Shown here: positions 28,782 to 32,000 of the stretch, piece after piece
Numbering within the stretch: position 1 is the first letter of the stretch
Layout: each line of letters begins with the position of its first letter
NCBI RefSeq assembly: GCF_003367075.2
Contig: NZ_CP065936.1
Span: 1,050,001-1,082,000, forward strand
Direction of reading: 5' to 3'
Source of the DNA: Cylindrospermopsis raciborskii Cr2010
GTDB taxonomy: Bacteria > Cyanobacteriota > Cyanobacteriia > Cyanobacteriales > Nostocaceae
DNA length: 32,000 nt
Made by a program: the position numbers and the translations under genes
The notes under the pieces: generated by a model
Seen by the model: the letters and a program-made list of their open reading frames with translations, nothing else
What the model was told of the DNA's origin: nothing
The model's database searches: none

Positions 28782-28898
28782 TAAGTGGGTGGGTGGAATT
28801 AAATATAAGACGAACGTAGGTTGGGTTGAAGCATGAAACCCAACGCCCGCATGGGTTAGGCTTAACCCATCCTACAAGTAATTGTGCCTCCCTACTTA
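28782..28898 (-). repeat. MITE-like/REP-like non-coding repeat, copy 2 (about 117 bp), upstream of thrS
   Basis: Inverted relative to copy 1; carries hairpins GTTGGGTT-gaagcatga-AACCCAAC and ATGGGTTA-ggct-TAACCCAT; ends form imperfect terminal inverted repeats TAAGTAGGGAGG / TAAGTGGGTGGG. Confidence 0.85.
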
Positions 28899-28974
28899 GC
28901 TGTAAAGTATCTATTAAGATATTTCTTATCAAAACTAGTTCTGTCAACATTAATTTAAAAGCTACCAACAGCCG

Positions 28975-30807
28975 ATGTCGTCAAATCAAGAAGCTCAAAA
29001 TTTAGAAAAACCAGCGGAAAAAATTTATTTACCCAAGACTAGCGAATCAGAGATCTTAAAAAAAATTCGCCATACTGCTTCCCATATCATGGCCATGGCA
29101 GTACAAAAGCTGTTTCCTAGGGCGCAAGTGACCATAGGTCCCTGGATTGAGAATGGTTTTTACTATGACTTTGATAACCCAGAACCCTTTAGCGATAAAG
29201 ATTTAAAAGCCATTCAAAAGGAAATGGTGAAGATTATTAACCGTAAATTACCTGTGATACGGGAAGAAGTCAGTCGAGAGGAAGCCAAAAAACGGATTGA
29301 AAAAATTCAGGAGCCATATAAATTAGAGATTTTGGCGGATATTAAACAAGAGCCAATCACTATTTATCACTTAGGAGATGAATGGTGGGATTTATGTGCA
29401 GGTCCCCATCTGGAAAACACTAAGGATATCAATCCCAAAGCTATTGAACTAGAAAGCGTTGCAGGTGCTTACTGGCGTGGTGATGAAACTAAAGCCCAAT
29501 TGCAGCGTATTTATGCCACCGCATGGCAAACCCCCGAACAGCTAGGAGAATATAAACGTCGCAAAGAAGAAGCTTTAAGACGTGACCATCGTAAAATTGG
29601 TAAAGAATTGGGTTTATTTATTTTCTCTGACCCTGTAGGTCCAGGGTTACCCTTATGGACCCCCAAAGGTACCTTATTGAGAAGCATCTTAGAAGATTTC
29701 CTGAAAAAAGAACAGTTAAAAAGGGGTTATTTACCAGTGGTTACCCCCCATATTGCCAGGGTAGATTTATTTAAAACATCGGGACACTGGCAAAAATACA
29801 AAGAAGATATGTTTCCCATGATGGCGGAAAATGAAGAATCAAAAGCCCTAGATCAGGGTTTTGTCCTCAAGCCCATGAACTGCCCATTTCATATTCAAAT
29901 ATATAAAAGTGAACTGCGTTCTTACCGAGAATTACCCATGCGATTGGCAGAATTTGGCACAGTTTACCGTTATGAGCAGTCCGGTGAGTTAGGAGGTTTA
30001 ACCCGAGTGCGAGGTTTTACCGTGGACGATTCCCATTTATTTGTCACACCAGAGCAATTAGATGAAGAGTTTTTAAACGTTGTGGATTTAATCTTGACCG
30101 TATTTAGAATGTTACAACTGAAAAATTTTAAAGCGAGATTGAGTTTTAGAGATCCGACCAGTGATAAATACATTGGTGGGGACGAAGTTTGGGATAAAGC
30201 AGAGGGAGCAATTCGTCGTGCGGTGCAGCAGTTGGGAATGGATCACTTTGAGGGTATAGGGGAAGCAGCTTTTTATGGTCCAAAACTGGACTTTATCTTC
30301 AGCGATGTTTTAGAAAGAGAATGGCAATTGGGAACAGTACAGGTGGACTACAATCTACCGGAAAGGTTTGACCTAGAATATGTAGCAGAGGATGGGTCAC
30401 GAAAACGCCCAGTTATGATTCACCGAGCTCCCTTTGGTTCCCTAGAAAGACTGATTGGCATTTTAATTGAGGAATATGCAGGGGATTTTCCTCTCTGGTT
30501 AGCACCAATACAAATTCGACTCCTACCAGTTGGTGAACAACAAATTGAGTTCACCAAAGAAGTAGCTGGGAAAATGACAGAGCTGGGAATTAGAGCCCAA
30601 GCAGACCTAAGTGGCGATCGCCTGGCCAAATTAATCCGCAATGGGGAGAAAGATAAAATACCCGTGATGGCGGTAGTAGGTGCTAAAGAGGTGGAAAGTA
30701 ATTCTTTGAGTATTCGCACCCGTGCATCTGGTGAACTGGGGGTAATACCCGTCGAAAAAGTTGTGGAGAAAATGCAGGATTCCATAATCAACTATAGCAA
30801 CTTTTAG
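28975..30807 (+). CDS. thrS: Threonyl-tRNA synthetase (no N-terminal TGS domain)
   Basis: HTASHIMAMAVQKLFP (HxxxH), class II motifs FVLKPMNCPFHIQIY, RLAEFGTVYRYEQSGELGGLTRVRGFT, MIHRAPFGSLERLIGILIEEYAG, anticodon-binding C-terminus. Confidence 0.95.
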   Translation: MSSNQEAQNLEKPAEKIYLPKTSESEILKKIRHTASHIMAMAVQKLFPRAQVTIGPWIENGFYYDFDNPEPFSDKDLKAIQKEMVKIINRKLPVIREEVSREEAKKRIEKIQEPYKLEILADIKQEPITIYHLGDEWWDLCAGPHLENTKDINPKAIELESVAGAYWRGDETKAQLQRIYATAWQTPEQLGEYKRRKEEALRRDHRKIGKELGLFIFSDPVGPGLPLWTPKGTLLRSILEDFLKKEQLKRGYLPVVTPHIARVDLFKTSGHWQKYKEDMFPMMAENEESKALDQGFVLKPMNCPFHIQIYKSELRSYRELPMRLAEFGTVYRYEQSGELGGLTRVRGFTVDDSHLFVTPEQLDEEFLNVVDLILTVFRMLQLKNFKARLSFRDPTSDKYIGGDEVWDKAEGAIRRAVQQLGMDHFEGIGEAAFYGPKLDFIFSDVLEREWQLGTVQVDYNLPERFDLEYVAEDGSRKRPVMIHRAPFGSLERLIGILIEEYAGDFPLWLAPIQIRLLPVGEQQIEFTKEVAGKMTELGIRAQADLSGDRLAKLIRNGEKDKIPVMAVVGAKEVESNSLSIRTRASGELGVIPVEKVVEKMQDSIINYSNF

Positions 30808-30829
30808 GACGGGGGTTGTAAAGGTTCTA

Positions 30830-32000
30830 CTACCTGAGATTTGCCAAGGCGTAAATACTGGGAGAACTTTGGGAGATAACAGTATAAGATTGACGAATAT
30901 GGGCATTGACAGCCACGGTTTTAGCATCATACATTTGCATAAATACCTTGGGATATAAACCAATGCCAATAATTAATACCAGGAAACAACCTGCTATAAA
31001 CACTTCCCTAGGTTTGGCATCACTGTAAATTGACTGATTAGGTAAAAGACAATCAGTACCAAAACAGGCGGTTCCTTCGTCTTCCTGATTCTCCACTCCC
31101 GCACTAGTGATATCGCATGTCAAAGCTGCATCTTTACCATAAAATACCTGACGTAACATGGAAAGCAGATAAATCGGTGTAAGAATAACACCCACAGCTG
31201 CGAGGAAAACTGTCACTGTACAGAAAGTGGATGTATAAACATCACTAGTGGTTACACCCACAAATACGGAAAGCTCTCCCACAAAACCACTCATTCCCGG
31301 TAAAGCTAGAGAAGCCATCGCACCCATGGTAAACAATGCAAATACTACGGGCATAGCTTGACCAACACCGCCCATATCCTTCATTACCATGGTATGAGTA
31401 CGATCATAAGTAACACCAGCTAAAAAGAAGAGAACGGAGGCAATTAATCCATGGGATAGCATTTGTAGCATTGCTCCATTCATACCCAAATCGGTAAAGG
31501 AAGCCAAACCGAGGAGGACAAAACCCATGTGAGAAATGGATGAGAAAGCCAAACGTCGTTTCATATTCGTTTGGGCAAAGGAGTTTAATGCACCATAGAT
31601 AATATTCACCACGCCCAGGACTGCTATTACTGGTGCAAAATAAATGTGAGCATCCGGTAATAATTCCATGTTAAGGCGAATTAATCCATAACCACCCATT
31701 TTGAGCAGCACTCCTGCCAAAATCATTGACACAGGAGAAGATGCTTCACCATGTGCATCTGGTAACCAGGTATGTAGGGGGAAAATTGCTAACTTGACTC
31801 CAAAAGCAATAAACAGTCCTGCATACAGCAGTAATTGTAGGGTAAGAGGGTAGTTTTTGGTAGCTAGGTCGCTAACATCAAAACTGAGATTATCTCCACC
31901 GTATAAACCCATGGCCAGAGCAGCTATGAGGATAAATATGGAAGCAGCTGCGGTGTATATGATAAACTTTGTAGCAGCGTAACGTCTTCTTTGACCACCC
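30830..32000 (-). CDS. ndhD: NAD(P)H-quinone oxidoreductase chain 4 (5' portion beyond window)
   Basis: [49 protein letters not shown]; frame stays open past the track start at 31912 ([35 protein letters not shown]) to the window edge. Confidence 0.93.
   Translation of the reverse strand, partial: GGQRRRYAATKFIIYTAAASIFILIAALAMGLYGGDNLSFDVSDLATKNYPLTLQLLLYAGLFIAFGVKLAIFPLHTWLPDAHGEASSPVSMILAGVLLKMGGYGLIRLNMELLPDAHIYFAPVIAVLGVVNIIYGALNSFAQTNMKRRLAFSSISHMGFVLLGLASFTDLGMNGAMLQMLSHGLIASVLFFLAGVTYDRTHTMVMKDMGGVGQAMPVVFALFTMGAMASLALPGMSGFVGELSVFVGVTTSDVYTSTFCTVTVFLAAVGVILTPIYLLSMLRQVFYGKDAALTCDITSAGVENQEDEGTACFGTDCLLPNQSIYSDAKPREVFIAGCFLVLIIGIGLYPKVFMQMYDAKTVAVNAHIRQSYTVISQSSPSIYALANLR

Overview
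This is a cyanobacterial chromosomal window, most likely Nostocales-like (low GC, HIP1 GCGATCGC sites, heterocystous-type nitrate cluster). Most of it is recognisable core or housekeeping content: the 3' part of a nitrate assimilation cluster (nrtC partial, nrtD, narB, a PsiE-like gene, narM), Omp85/BamA, purC, the sulfolipid genes sqdX and sqdB, a Ycf46-type AAA+ ATPase with Ycf35, trpE, psaD, a DICT-GAF histidine kinase, thrS and ndhD (partial at the right edge). I saw no CRISPR array, tRNA, rRNA, transposase or prophage. The stretches most worth following up are: (a) an RHH protein / Ycf46 AAA+ / Ycf35 / PD-(D/E)XK-like four-gene run with structured intergenic regions (15.8-19.0 kb); (b) two FHA proteins attached to different protease-type domains (FHA-PrsW and CHAT-FHA) flanking an unknown acidic protein (6.1-9.7 kb); (c) a giant secreted-type protein whose phytase-like esterase domain appears split by two tandem GDPD domains and which ends in RTX-like repeats (23.5-27.6 kb); (d) an inverted pair of a MITE-like non-coding repeat 27 kb apart, one copy inside the nrtC-nrtD junction and one upstream of thrS; (e) a possibly pseudoknotted leader upstream of the DUF2973 gene. 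None is proven to be a new system from sequence alone. Product calls are from recognition of protein motifs by eye, with no database search.
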